From NCBI GenBank assembly GCA_951804945.1, contig OX638153.1, positions 15,810,001-15,874,000 of the forward strand: a stretch of 64,000 nucleotides of DNA. Direction: 5' to 3'. Position 1 is the stretch's first letter; each line of letters starts with the position of its first letter. Made by a program: the position numbers and the translations under genes. The stretch comes from Podarcis cretensis (lineage: Eukaryota). Below, one piece after another: positions 52,550 through 64,000 of the stretch. The notes beneath the pieces were generated by a model. That model was not told where the DNA came from. It ran no database searches and saw only the letters and a program-made list of their open reading frames with translations.

Positions 52550-52671
52550 GTACAGAAATCAAAATAAGCATCAAACAAGAAAACTCAGATCTGTTTCTGG
52601 TGGGAAGCAAGGATATTATTACAGAAGAAGATTTGGAAATGTTTAAGCAGGCCCAGGAACTTGCAATGGAG
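52550..52671 (+). CDS. KAT6B: KAT6B exon 9, 122 nt
   Basis: aacag|GT; [40 protein letters not shown]; |gtaagg. Confidence 0.95.
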
Positions 52672-53116
52672 GTAAGGTTCACAGGTGCCAGCTATGTGAA
52701 CAGTACTGATCCGGTAATTTGTTGCTTGTTATGAGGAGAAAATTGTGCTGACTGCTTAGTTCTGCTTAATGCCCCTTTTATTAAGGCTAGTTTGTATATA
52801 ATGGTATACATCTAATCTGGAACCCAAATATCTCATTAGGGTAAAAGCAAACTTGAATGGGAAGTTCTCTATATAGCTTCAGGCATGGTGCAGAGTGAAT
52901 AAGTTTCACAGCACTTGGGCGCCTTGATATAAGTCCTTATTTTTTAAGGATGTGGATAGTTTGTGCTACTTTTCATTCCTCTGTAAACAGATGTCTCTCC
53001 ACCTAACACCTAAAATAGTGTAATACCCCCAAAATAGCCTTACTAGTGAAATGTGATGGGGGGGGGAGAATTCTATTGCGCTTTCAAAACTTTTGTTCTT
53101 TAATTGTGATTAATAG

Positions 53117-53232
53117 AAAATTGGTTGTAAAAATGGTGGAGAAACAAATGGACGCTACCCTTCAGTGATAGAATTTGGGAAATATGAGATCCAAACATGG
53201 TACTCCTCGCCTTACCCACAAGAATATGCAAG
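53117..53232 (+). CDS. KAT6B: KAT6B exon 10 (MYST domain start), 116 nt
   Basis: aatag|AAA; [38 protein letters not shown]; AG|gtaagg. Confidence 0.97.
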
Positions 53233-54079
53233 GTAAGGAGAATGAACCTATAAACTGTTTTATGACAAACACCATCTCATAGCTCCAAAAAAGATTACTT
53301 TTACAACTAATTTGCAAAGCTTCTCATAAATTCAGACATGCAGTGAAACCACAACTTTATAACTTCCCTTCTCTTTCTTTCCTAGCTTGCATATTATCAT
53401 TGAACGTTGCTGTAAAATCGGCTTGGCACTGCCAAAAAATCAAAGATTTAAAATATATATTGGCTGCAGATAAGCCTGTTTAGCTACAGAATGCCTCGTA
53501 CACACCCTTTTGTGGCTAAGGAAAAAAAGGCTAGCCCCCAAATCACTTCATGCATGTCCCTTCCTTTCTACATGGAGCTTGAGATAGTTCTCTTAAAACA
53601 TATAAAAAATAATCATAAATAATTAAGAGTTCACCAGTGTTCAAAGTGTCCGCAATTAGAAAATCCACATATTAGTAAAATGTAATTTGTTACTTTTCTT
53701 GGTGCCAAAATTTTAATCTTCATAGTTCAACATTTTGAGACTATTTTGCCATGGATAGAATATGACAAGCCCTGCAAACAGTAATGTTGATAATAAATAG
53801 CTTCCTATTTCACAATATCGAGTCAAGGGATGGCTCGAGCACTTGCCATCAATGTGCTCACCATCATGTATGCTCCACTTTTGCCTGTAATTGGGCCCCA
53901 GTTCCTCAGTGTTCAAAGAATGGTCTATATTTTCACCCATTTTTGAAGGGGTCAAGAGAAAAAGTTAAACAAAATTGGAGGGGCGGAGAGACTTCTACCA
54001 CCACCTCCTTTTCTTTTTAAAAAACTTTTCTCACAGTGGTGCTCTTACAGCCTGGCATTTTTTCTTGGACCTATGCATT

Positions 54080-55580
54080 CCATTTTAACTTCCTATTTCC
54101 AAGTATCAGATATTCTGTTTCATCCAATAATTTAGGGAAGGCAGGAGAAACGAATGATGTCAGAGATAACTCAAGTGGAAGGTGGTCACTTTCAGCTCTG
54201 GGAATTATCCTAAAGGTGTCTCGGTTAATTGGCACATTATTGGATGTTAGGATATAATCTATGGTGCTAGTAAAACCTCTGGGGGAGATAAAAGTAAAAT
54301 AACCCTCTTGATCCCCTTGACCATGCCCATTTCATAACAAATGGTTATGCTTAATTATAAGTTCACAGAGATATTTCCCAGCGCGGTTAGAGGTGGTGTC
54401 CATTGCTACCCTCTGACAGATTTCGGGTTTGTCCTTCCAGTTTAGTCCAGATAATATTGTATTTTGTGGGGAAACAAGGCTGATCTGGGCATTGAAGTCT
54501 CCTCTCAAGACAAGCCAAGGGTTAGGAGACAGAGAGTCTATACTTTTGAGTAGTTGGTCAAGTTTTACCCCAATATGAGCTCAGTTCCCCACAAGACTTT
54601 ACTGGAGGTATGTACACGCAGATACAGTAAGTATTTCTCCAGAGACTATCAGAAAGGGACAACACTAAAAAAATTAGGGGTGGTCAGCGAGGGACACTGT
54701 TGAATTGATACATTAAGAGATGTTGACACCAGCACTGCCAGCCCCCCTGCTAGGTCTTCCATACTTTACAGTTTTAAGAGCAGGTTGAGTGTAACTTGTA
54801 AAACCCTGTAATTCAACCATGATGCCCTCTTTTGCCCAAATTTCTTGAAGAAAGATGATAGCATGTGTTTGTAGATAGGAACAGAAATCACTGACTTGGG
54901 TCTTGTTCGGCCACCCTGTTACATTCCATGAGAGAAGTTTAATTGTTTTACAGTGATTTACTCTTAGTCAATTGCTGGCCAATGTACACTCGGAGTTTAC
55001 CAGTTTTTGAGGCAACATGGATGCTAGTGGAATGATCCAGATGTTCGATTATTTCAGTCGTTGTACATAAAGTACTCACATTTGTGTTCACTGGGCCTTT
55101 TATTTGCAAATTGCTCACCAGCGGGGATTCCTTGGGCGTAGTTCCTGACTCCTCCTCATCTAAGTATCTCATCTTTGTCCAGTACTCCTGTAGTTCTATA
55201 GTTATCGTTCTGTTGTGGCCATTGGGTCTATTGTCAGTCTCTACCTCTGATTCTTTAATCTCTTTCAATGTCTGGCTCATAAGATCAAGCCTCTTGTTGA
55301 CTGTTTGTTGCTCTTCCTGAAGGAGGTTCCTATAGGAGCTGAGAAAATCCTCTTCCAAAGGATTTACAGAGTGCTCAGATTCCTGAAGATGATTGTCTAG
55401 AGGAATCGGCTGTTCCGTTTGGCTCACCTGGTTATTTTGATGTTGGGCATGATTCTGCGAATTCAACTCGGGCATGTCTATTTCCTCCCCTCCTGTTGAG
55501 TAGCAATTGACACTAATTACATTCCTGCTATCTGCGGAGCTCCGAAGCCAGCTTGCTAAGCCATCGTCATCTTGGAACCG
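54080..55580 (-). mobile_element. APE-type non-LTR retrotransposon (probably RTEX clade): ORF1 remnant plus a complete degraded endonuclease domain
   Basis: Minus strand reads KLLSWNVTGW...IIFLQEIW...GRPSRGLAVL...VYIPP...GDFNAQI...NRAGKYL...NGHGQGDQEGYFTF...STIDYIL...ESDHLPL; upstream 175-aa ORF at 54948-55475. Confidence 0.85.
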
Positions 55581-55884
55581 CCACCAACCATTGACTGTTG
55601 GTATTGTTCAGTAGTTGATGGTTGAACAATTAAGAATGATCAGGTGAATGTTGAAGAGCAAGAAAGTAAGTCAGACAATAATGGAATAAGTTAGCCAGAG
55701 GAATATAAGGTAGGGGAATATGCAGAGGCTCCAGATCAAACTGATGAAAAGTTGGCAGGACTCGATCAAGAAATCATACTGAAGGAATCATCATCGTATG
55801 AAAATGGAGATGACCTCCATACAAGAATTTGGAGAAGCAGAAGATAAGATTACAAATGGTGATTTAGAGAAATATCTGGACATA

Positions 55885-56195
55885 CAGTGGTACCTCGCAA
55901 GACGAATGCCTCGCAAGACGAAAAACGCGCAAGACGAAAGAGTTTTCCGTCTTTTGAGTCGTTCTGCAATACGAATTTCCCTATGGGCTTGCTTCGCAAG
56001 ACGAAACGTCTTGCGAGTTCTTGCGAGTTTGTTTCCTTTTTCTTAAAGCCGCTAAGCCGTTAATAGTCGCTAAGCCGCTAAGCCGTTAATAGCCGCTAAT
56101 AGCCGCTAAGCCGCTAATAGCCGTGCTTCGCAAGACGAAAAAACCACAAGACGAAGAGACTCGCGGAACGGATTAATTCTTGCGAGGCACCACTG
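55885..56195 (+). mobile_element. Tc1-like MITE (family B)
   Basis: TA|CAGTGGTACCTCGCAAGACG...GCGAGGCACCACTG|TA with TAAGCCGC repeats. Confidence 0.9.
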
Positions 56196-56421
56196 TAGTG
56201 TTGATGGAGCTGAGAGGCAAAAAAAGCCTTGGGATTTCACTCCTGGCCTTTCTTTAGTTTTAGCAGATTTGGCGTGAATTCAAAGAATGGTGATATTAAA
56301 GTTATGGTATTGCCTCTGGAAAAAGACTGGAAAAAACAAAAAATGGAAGGTCCTAGAGGAGATCAGAATACCATTGTAAACACAACAGGAAATAGAATAC
56401 AGCAGGAAATGGAACTGAATA

Positions 56422-56646
56422 CAGTGGTACCTCGGGTTACATACGCTTCAGGTTACAGACTCCGCTAACCCAGAAATAGTACCTCAGGTTAAGAACTTTG
56501 CTTCAGGATGAGAACAGAAATCGTACTCCGGCGGTGCAGCAGCAGTGGGAGGCTCCATTAGCTAAAGTGGTGCTTCAGGTTAGGAACAGCTTCAGGTTAA
56601 GAATGGACCTCCGGAATGAGTTAGTACTTAACCCGAGGTACCACTG
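56422..56646 (+). mobile_element. Tc1/Tigger-like MITE (family A)
   Basis: TA|CAGTGGTACCTCGGGTTA...TAACCCGAGGTACCACTG|TA. Confidence 0.92.
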
Positions 56647-57444
56647 TACATGGAACTGGACACAAACTAATGAGAAACAAAAATGGAATAATACAACAGG
56701 AAATGGGCTATAACAAGAAAGGGAACTGAGCATATGGAATTGGACATGAACAAGTGGATATACAACAAGAAAAAAATGGAATATCGGCTCAGTGTGTGAG
56801 CACAATGGAGAGATTTTAATGTGGACATGGACAGGAAGAATTATAGTATTCAATATGAAGTAGTGGTGGTGAGAATTAATAAAAGTTAAATAACATTAAT
56901 AGAAGTTAAATAACATTAATAACATTTATTAAGAATGACAATTAGTCTTGGGCTTTCTGTGAGAAAAGGAAATAAATGATTCTGAGACACCTTAACTGGT
57001 AGGAAATATTGTTTAACAGAAAGTGGTAGATGTTCGCATTGACCAAAGTTTTTAAATAACCATATTCTCTTTTATGTGACTGGCAGATGGGAAATCAGAG
57101 TATTTCTTTTCTGTTGCCTTGCTTATTTTATTTTTCTCTTTTTCTGTCTTCTCTTTATCTTAGTTGTCCCCTTCTTTCCTTTTTCTGTTTACCTTCTTTT
57201 TTGGTATCTTTTGTAAATGCAACTGTATTATGGAAAATCTTAATAAAAAGTCATTTAAAAAGTTGGAATGTAGGGGGGGTATTGATTGCAGGTTTTATTT
57301 TTTAAAACAATTCAGGTGTTCATTAATTTAGATAAAGGCTGAATTATGAATACTGTAAATAACTTCACTCAGAACACATTGATGTGTTTACACAATGCAT
57401 ATAATAATGTTCCAATATTATGATGGGATTTGACTTCACAGCTG

Positions 57445-57446
<2 letters not shown>

Positions 57447-57483
<37 letters not shown>
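57447..57483. repeat. (TTA)n microsatellite
   Basis: Seen directly in the sequence. Confidence 0.95.
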
Positions 57484-57484
<1 letters not shown>

Positions 57485-57715
57485 ATTTGCTCCCAAGTCC
57501 AGCTAGAATTTATGGGCACTTGGAAATACCTCAACAGAATTGTTATGACTCCAGCCTCTTAATAAACAACTTGTTAAGAAGTATGATATGCTTTAAGCTT
57601 GTTTGTTTTTTTATTTGCTTGTTTAATACATATAGTGCCCTGGTTGACTAAGAATGTTGGCATTTTAAAATAAAAAGAATTGTATACTAACTGCTCTGAT
57701 TTTTAAACTTAACAG

Positions 57716-57857
57716 ACTATCAAAGCTTTTCCTGTGTGAATTCTGTCTTAAATATATGAAAAGTAAAAATATTTTGCTAAGGCACGCAAAGAAGTGTGGC
57801 TGGTTTCATCCTCCAGCCAATGAAATCTACAGGAGGAAGGACCTTTCAGTGTTTGAG
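57716..57857 (+). CDS. KAT6B: KAT6B exon 11 (MYST C2HC zinc finger), 142 nt
   Basis: Perfect TACTAAC branch point at 57685-57691; aacag|A; [47 protein letters not shown]; |gtacac. Confidence 0.97.
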
Positions 57858-57912
57858 GTACACAGCATTTTATCTGCATTTTATGTGGATGCTCCTGTTC
57901 CCCCCACCCAAC

Positions 57913-57952
<40 letters not shown>
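57913..57952. repeat. (CA)n microsatellite 56 nt downstream of the exon 11 donor
   Basis: Seen directly in the sequence. Confidence 0.95.
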
Positions 57953-57953
<1 letters not shown>

Positions 57954-58833
57954 TGTGCTTAACTCCAGAGGATGCCCATTTCCCATGAGTTAACACTTTT
58001 AATTTTAGTGTGATTTTCCATCTTCTCCTGAAAGATTCCTGTTTTCCCAAGTAAACCTGTCCCACTATGTTAGAACACTGGAAGACTACTGTTATTCAAA
58101 ATCTGTTTTAACCCCAGCAGAAATTCTATAGTTTAGAAGAATTGTGGTAGGAACTTCAGACCAGTAGTCTGTGTAAAAAGAAATTCTGTATTGTGTAATC
58201 TATTGCTGTACGGATCAGACTGTATGGTAAGATACAAAGTAAATGATGGAAAGCAAGTAAGATAAATTGAGGAAGAAGGATACTCGTTGAATGTAGAAGC
58301 ATGCTTATGAAAGAACACAAGGAAGTATCGACCTTCCCTCCACAGAATAAAGAGCAGCAGCTATTTTACATCCTTTGATCTTTCTGTCCATGTATTTAGG
58401 ATCAAAGAAATGTAACTTGTGAAGAATTAATCTGGAAACATTTTTTTCACTGAAAATAGTATTTGCTTTTGTATCTAACAACTTCTGTATGTATATAATG
58501 CCAAAGTAACTTCCTCTTTGCGGACTTAACACTTCAGAAACTTAGAATAATGTTACTTGCTTTATCCTCCATCTGGTACAACGCCTTCAAAAACCAGCAG
58601 CTTAGCATATCTTTAATGATATGTTCACAAATTTGTATCTTTAATTAGAAGGAAACAAACTTTTGAAATGCCATACATAAATCAAAAGTATATTTTACAA
58701 GTTTTACAAGTTACTTGTAAAAAAATATATTAATGATCTAATATTTAATATAATATTGAAATTCTGAGAAAAATCTGGTTTTGTTCACTTTAAATATTAT
58801 GTGCAGTGATCCACTTCCATACTTAAATATTAA

Positions 58834-59028
<195 letters not shown>

Positions 59029-60528
59029 TGATCTTAATATCATGAGAATATCTTGCTTTTGTGCCAAAGAAGTAACACTGCTGATTTGGAATGAATAATA
59101 TCAACCGGAAGCAAACACTGTTTTCCGATTACAAACAAATACAATGCCAGTATCATTTTAAGATCTCAAGTATTCTCTCTTGGGCTTTATTTATCATTCT
59201 ACTATATTTTTTCACTTTAGAATGTTTCCATCGGTGTGACAAATCTCCTGTTTCGTTTGGCACTTCCAGTTTTGTTGTAGTTATTACTTGTTTTGTTACT
59301 CAGGTAGTATAGCATCTTATCATGCCTTTTATGACAATTTTCTCTTATTGTTGTTTAGTGAAAATTTAAGGTCTTTAGTCTGAAGATTTTCTCTTGAGAT
59401 TCCACCTCCTGTATACTCGGTGTCTACATTGTCATGTATATATAATTTGCTCTATGTTCATCTTTTAATAATAGTTTGTAGTTTTGTCAGCAAGTGCTCT
59501 CCCCACGCCAAGTTTTAATTCCAGTGTCTGTCTTGTATCTCTTTGTTTATTCTAAATGTTTCTCAAACTGTGGAATGGGACCTGTCACTGAGCGTTGGGC
59601 CAGTTTCAAGTGGTCCCAGTGCCACAGCCCTGCCTAGTGTAGGAATGGCAAAGGAGGAGACAAGATAGAAGGTGCATATAAAGACAGCTTGAATAAGTGA
59701 GACAGTCTAGGAGGTTTAGTTAAGTTACACTGGAGTTTATTTTGAGGATTTCCCTGTAAAGAAGCAGCCGTCTTGGCTTTTGGCAGCCGTTGATGCATAG
59801 TGGTTAGTGGTGCAGAGGCACTGAGATTTTGAGTTATCCCTGTTAGTTTCCCCATACATGTGGTCTGGCTTTCAAGGAGAGTTCTGGGGTGTCTTTGCCA
59901 GCGTGACTCCTCCTTCTTACCTTCCTGCACCCTTCCAGGCACCCTGCATAATAGACATAACTGCCCTGAAGATCCCACTACACTAGCATCTTACTGGGTT
60001 TGCCTTTGTTTTCAGCAGCTGGTTTAATTTTTCCTTCTGCTGTTTTTGTAGACATCAAATTATATTTCTTTCTGGTCTGTGCCATATTCTGATGGAAATT
60101 TACTTGGTATTCAAAGGTGGATGCACCTGACTGTATGAAAGCTGCATGTGCTTCAAATATTACTTTAGATAAACAGTTCTGTCAGTTAGAAGTATTTGCT
60201 GAGAGACAGATGAAATGCTGGCGAAAAGCAGTAAGTTATTTTAACGTGGCCATTACTTATGATCCAAACTGCTGTCTTCAGCAGACGTGTAGGTATCATC
60301 TCCCTTTTGTACATTCCTCACACAAAAGTCAGGGCTGCATGAGAAAAAATGCCTTTTTTCCACTCCCTGGATTTGAAATTCACTCATGCAGTTCCTTTTG
60401 GATTTTTCTGTTGTTAATTTCTGAGGTGCCATCTCGTAAAATAAATCTTTTTGGAAGATACATTTGATTTGCTGTTATACTTCACCAGCGCCATTACTTT
60501 CTAGGGGCTTACTCTATTTTCGTATTGA

Positions 60529-60738
<210 letters not shown>

Positions 60739-62567
60739 TGAGCGGCTTTGTTTACAGTCATAACCCTGAGAGCTGATGGTGGTTATGAGGATACAGCTAC
60801 ATAAAAACTTTATTTAACCTGTTTGTTGTTCGTTTTTTTATCACTAGATAATGGGCTTTCTATTTCTATTTGCGTAGTGGCAGAAAAGCTCCCTCAAGTG
60901 AAAAATCCAGTGCCTCTGTTGTACTGTAGGAAATTGAGAATGTGTCTCTCTGCAGTAATATTAACTCTCAGAGCTATTACGCTGAATGAATTGTCTAAAT
61001 TGCATTCATTTTGTGCTGCTCATTAGTACAAAGAGAAGCAATTATTTGTGATTAAAGCAAAGGAAGGTGTTAGTCCAAGGCATTCTTTAGTTTCCCAGTC
61101 TATTAACATGGAGTACATTTTAGCTGAACAATGCTTATGATGAGAGAGCGTAATGTTTCAATTTATTATTCCTTTTTTTAAAGAATGTCATTAACTCACT
61201 TCTGAAGTAAAAGCTACTATTTGCTGCACAATGTATAAATTGGTATTCAGGGTTTATATCTTGTATTCTTCATCATGCAGTTGCCCATCTGACATAATTT
61301 TAAAAATGTTGGAGCTATTCATAATATTTCAGTATCAGTAAAAAAAATTTGATAAAACAAATAGTATAATTCAATAGGCAAGCGCCACAGCTCAATGATT
61401 TCATTGACTTTTTGAACTGAACTTTGAATTATAGTTTGGAGAAAGGCTATGAAAGCCAGGTTTTCGAAGCCATGTGTTAGTGTACCCAATTATTTTTAAA
61501 GCTTCACAGTAAACATATAGCACTGTATGTGGTTGGCTTTCTTTGGTGGAGGAACATACAAGGTGATTAAGATGCAGATGAAATATAAATCTTAAGAAGG
61601 GAGGTAGCAGCCAACAGGGTTTCTTACTTGGCAGTTGCCCATCATGAGTTATTGCTGGTGATGCTTCATACTTAATGTGTTATGCTTCCTGCTCGTGATA
61701 GAAGCAGGTTGCCCCATCCCTTCAAGCACTCTGCATCTTCTGCCACAGCAAGCATTGGCAGATTGTTGTCACAGCAGGCACACATTTTCGGGGAGATGCG
61801 TGTCCTCAGCACACTCACCCACTGATCCCCCATTTAAGGGAGACGGAAGGACAAGCTTCTCCAAGGCTTTTCTGGTTCCTGAAATTTGCATCTTTCTGGC
61901 TTCACTTGACTGGGAGGACAAGGTGTCTGCATCTATTTAAATCTAGATGTCCAGTGAATTCTTCACTCAGAATGTGAAGGATTCCCATAGAGAATAGTGT
62001 TACCTTCCTAGAACTCCCTGGGGTTGTTTTCAGCCATATTGGTATAAAGACTTCAGCATCCCCCCCCCTGCTCTCTCACAAGGGATATTCACAGAGATCT
62101 GAACAACTACATATTTTTCCCCAGCGTGCTTTGGTGCAGCCCAAGGCACAAGCTACGTTTGGGAAGGGGAGAAGGTTCCAGACTAGTGGCTCCCTGCTGT
62201 GCAGCATTGCATTCCTGTGACAGAACACAATGGGGACAATGCATTATGACAGAATGTTGTTCATAGTGACATCCTTGTGGTGGGATGATGGTTGTCCCCC
62301 CGCTCCCCCCAGTTGGTTTCAACCATTGAATTGTGGTAGAGGGGATAAGGCCAGAAAGATAAAAGAAGAAAAGCAATAATCTGCATCATATTGAAAAGGC
62401 TTAGATGAAATTTGTTTAAATTTACTTGCTCCACCTGAAAAATTACTTTAAAATTTCTATTGTGAAGAATGAATTGAGAATGTAATTGAGGTAGGGGGAT
62501 ATTTAAGCACATCTTGAGTTCTAATCAAAGTTTTATGCTTTTTTTTATTTGCCCCACCCTTTTTCAG

Positions 62568-62863
62568 CAGGGGGCTTGTCCACTGTCCCTCAGACCTTGT
62601 GGGGGGCTGGACTATATTGGGGAGGGGGAATGAACGAATTCCTATGCCCCACAAATAACCCAGAGATGCATTTTAAATAAAAGGACACATTCTACTCATG
62701 TAAAAACACCATGCAGGCCCCACAAATAACCCAGAGATACATTTTAATTAAAAGGACACATTCTACTCATGTAAAAACACGCTGATTCCCAGACTGTCTG
62801 CGGGCCAGATTTAGAAGGCAATTGGGCCGGATCCGGCCCCTGAGCCTTAGTTTGCCTACCCAT
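62568..62863. mobile_element. hAT-type MITE with an internal tandem repeat of about 71 bp
   Basis: GCCCCACAAATAACCCAGAGAT...CATGTAAAAACAC occurs twice; GGGCCGGATCCGGCCC and TTTGCCTACCCATG at the end. Confidence 0.75.
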
Positions 62864-63344
62864 GCTCTAGTGGAATAGCATGACTGCTTGCATATTTTTT
62901 TTTGGGGGGGGAGGGTTCCAAATCTATGGGTATTAGCTATGGTGGGCTTTGTTCTTCATGAGCAGAGGCTTCTAATGAGGGGTGGCGCCAGTAAAATCAT
63001 CAAAATCGTAATGTAGTGGAGGCTTCTCTGGGTTGTGCTGCAGGGCTTTAATAGTGAGCATCTATGTTGCACTTTTTAGGCTTTGCAAATGTCCATGGAG
63101 GCCTCTGGTGTTCTGTGTGGCAATACTGACTGATTTCATCAATGTAGTACAAGGGAAGTAAGGAGCAGGAGCAGCCCCTGGACTTGAAGATCCGCTTGTG
63201 GAGTTACTTATTTAGCCAGTTGTCATATAACTAGAGTCCCCTGGGTGATCAACAATTAAAACACACTAAAATCCAATAAATAAAACAAAACAGTTGCAAC
63301 AGGACAGAAATTCAGGAGGGTTAATTAGGTGGGTTTGACTAGAT

Positions 63345-63480
63345 CACGGTTTCCCAAACTTGGGTCTCTAAATGTTTTGGGACTATAATTCCCATCATTC
63401 CTGACCACTGGTCCTGCTAGTTAGGGATAATGGGAGTTGTAATCCAAAAACAGCTGGAGATCTGAGTTTGGTAAACTCTG
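63345..63480. mobile_element. hAT MITE
   Basis: GACTAG-containing near-TSD; internal ATTCCCATCAT / ATAATGGGAGT palindrome. Confidence 0.75.
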
Positions 63481-63759
63481 GACTAGGAGATCTCTGCTCT
63501 GCTCTACTCTGCTCACAGAGTTGTCACCATCTGTAGTCATTCCACCTGGCTGAATCAAAGAGAAAAGTCTCACATTAGCTCTTCCTCTCCCACAACATTC
63601 CTGTAGTGATCACTTTACCTGGGCATTCTGAAATGTTTTTTGTTCATTAGTTCATTAACTTTACTTTTCCCTCGCTCACCCGCTGCATCCTGTTTGCAGA
63701 TTACTTGCATTACTTGCAACTGTAAACTTCCTGGATGGCCCTGGCAGAAATGCAGAATA

Positions 63760-64000
63760 CAGTGGTACCTCGGGTTAAGTATTTAATTCGTTCCGGAGGT
63801 CCATTCTTAACCTGAAACTGTTCTTAACCTGAAGCACCACTTTAGCTAATGGGGCCTCCTGCTGCCGCCGCGCCGCCGGAGCACGATTTCTGTTCTCACC
63901 CTGAAGCAAAGTTCTTAACCCGAGATACTATTTCTGGGTTAGCGGAGTCTGTAACCTGAAGCGTATGTAACCTGAAGCGTATGTAACCCAAGGTACCACT
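63760..64000 (-). mobile_element. Tc1/Tigger-like MITE (family A), inverted relative to 56422 and cut at the window end
   Basis: TA|CAGTGGTACCTCGGGTTAAG...CCAAGGTACCACT; reverse complement of the 56422 copy. Confidence 0.92.

Larger units (their letters stand above)
55590..57250 (+). mobile_element. Degraded L1-like element carrying two MITE insertions
   Basis: Purine-rich ORF1-like stretch, T-rich 3'UTR-like stretch and AATAAAAA at about 57242. Family assignment is tentative. Confidence 0.45.

Noticed and set aside
54948-55475. 175-aa antisense ORF as a nested host gene
   Set aside because: It lies directly upstream of a LINE endonuclease domain and is best explained as an ORF1 remnant.
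56043-56123. Short repeated TAAGCCGC/TAATAGCCGC units resembling an array
   Set aside because: They are an internal satellite of the family-B MITE with no unique spacers, in eukaryotic DNA; not CRISPR.

Overview
Vertebrate genomic DNA from a squamate reptile, most likely a lacertid lizard given the Sauria SINE type and MITE set. The window holds the promoter CpG island and the 5' part of KAT6B (MORF/MYST4 histone acetyltransferase) on the + strand. It has a non-coding first exon, a first coding exon (ATG at 17090; winged-helix/NEMM region), four double-PHD exons, the large alternatively spliced exon 8 (interrupted by 156 Ns), and exons up to the acetyl-CoA motif of the MYST domain (60733). 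The gene continues beyond the window. Introns carry Sauria and Squam-type SINEs, CR1, L2, L1 and RTEX-like LINE fragments, and many Tc1/mariner- and hAT-type MITEs. The most interesting unexplained element is in intron 7 (about 49416-49915). It combines a strong 3' splice site, an immediate in-frame stop, an AATAAA, and two strong 5' splice sites, each preceded by a good-Kozak ATG in frame with exon 8. A sense-strand RNA stem-loop encloses the second donor. This could be a switch separating the chromatin-reader N-terminus from the HAT part of KAT6B. Other candidates are a uORF cluster, a UGA-CUA readthrough-type ORF1/ORF2 junction in the LINE, and inverted MITE pairs. Exon numbering and human comparisons are from memory and need checking.
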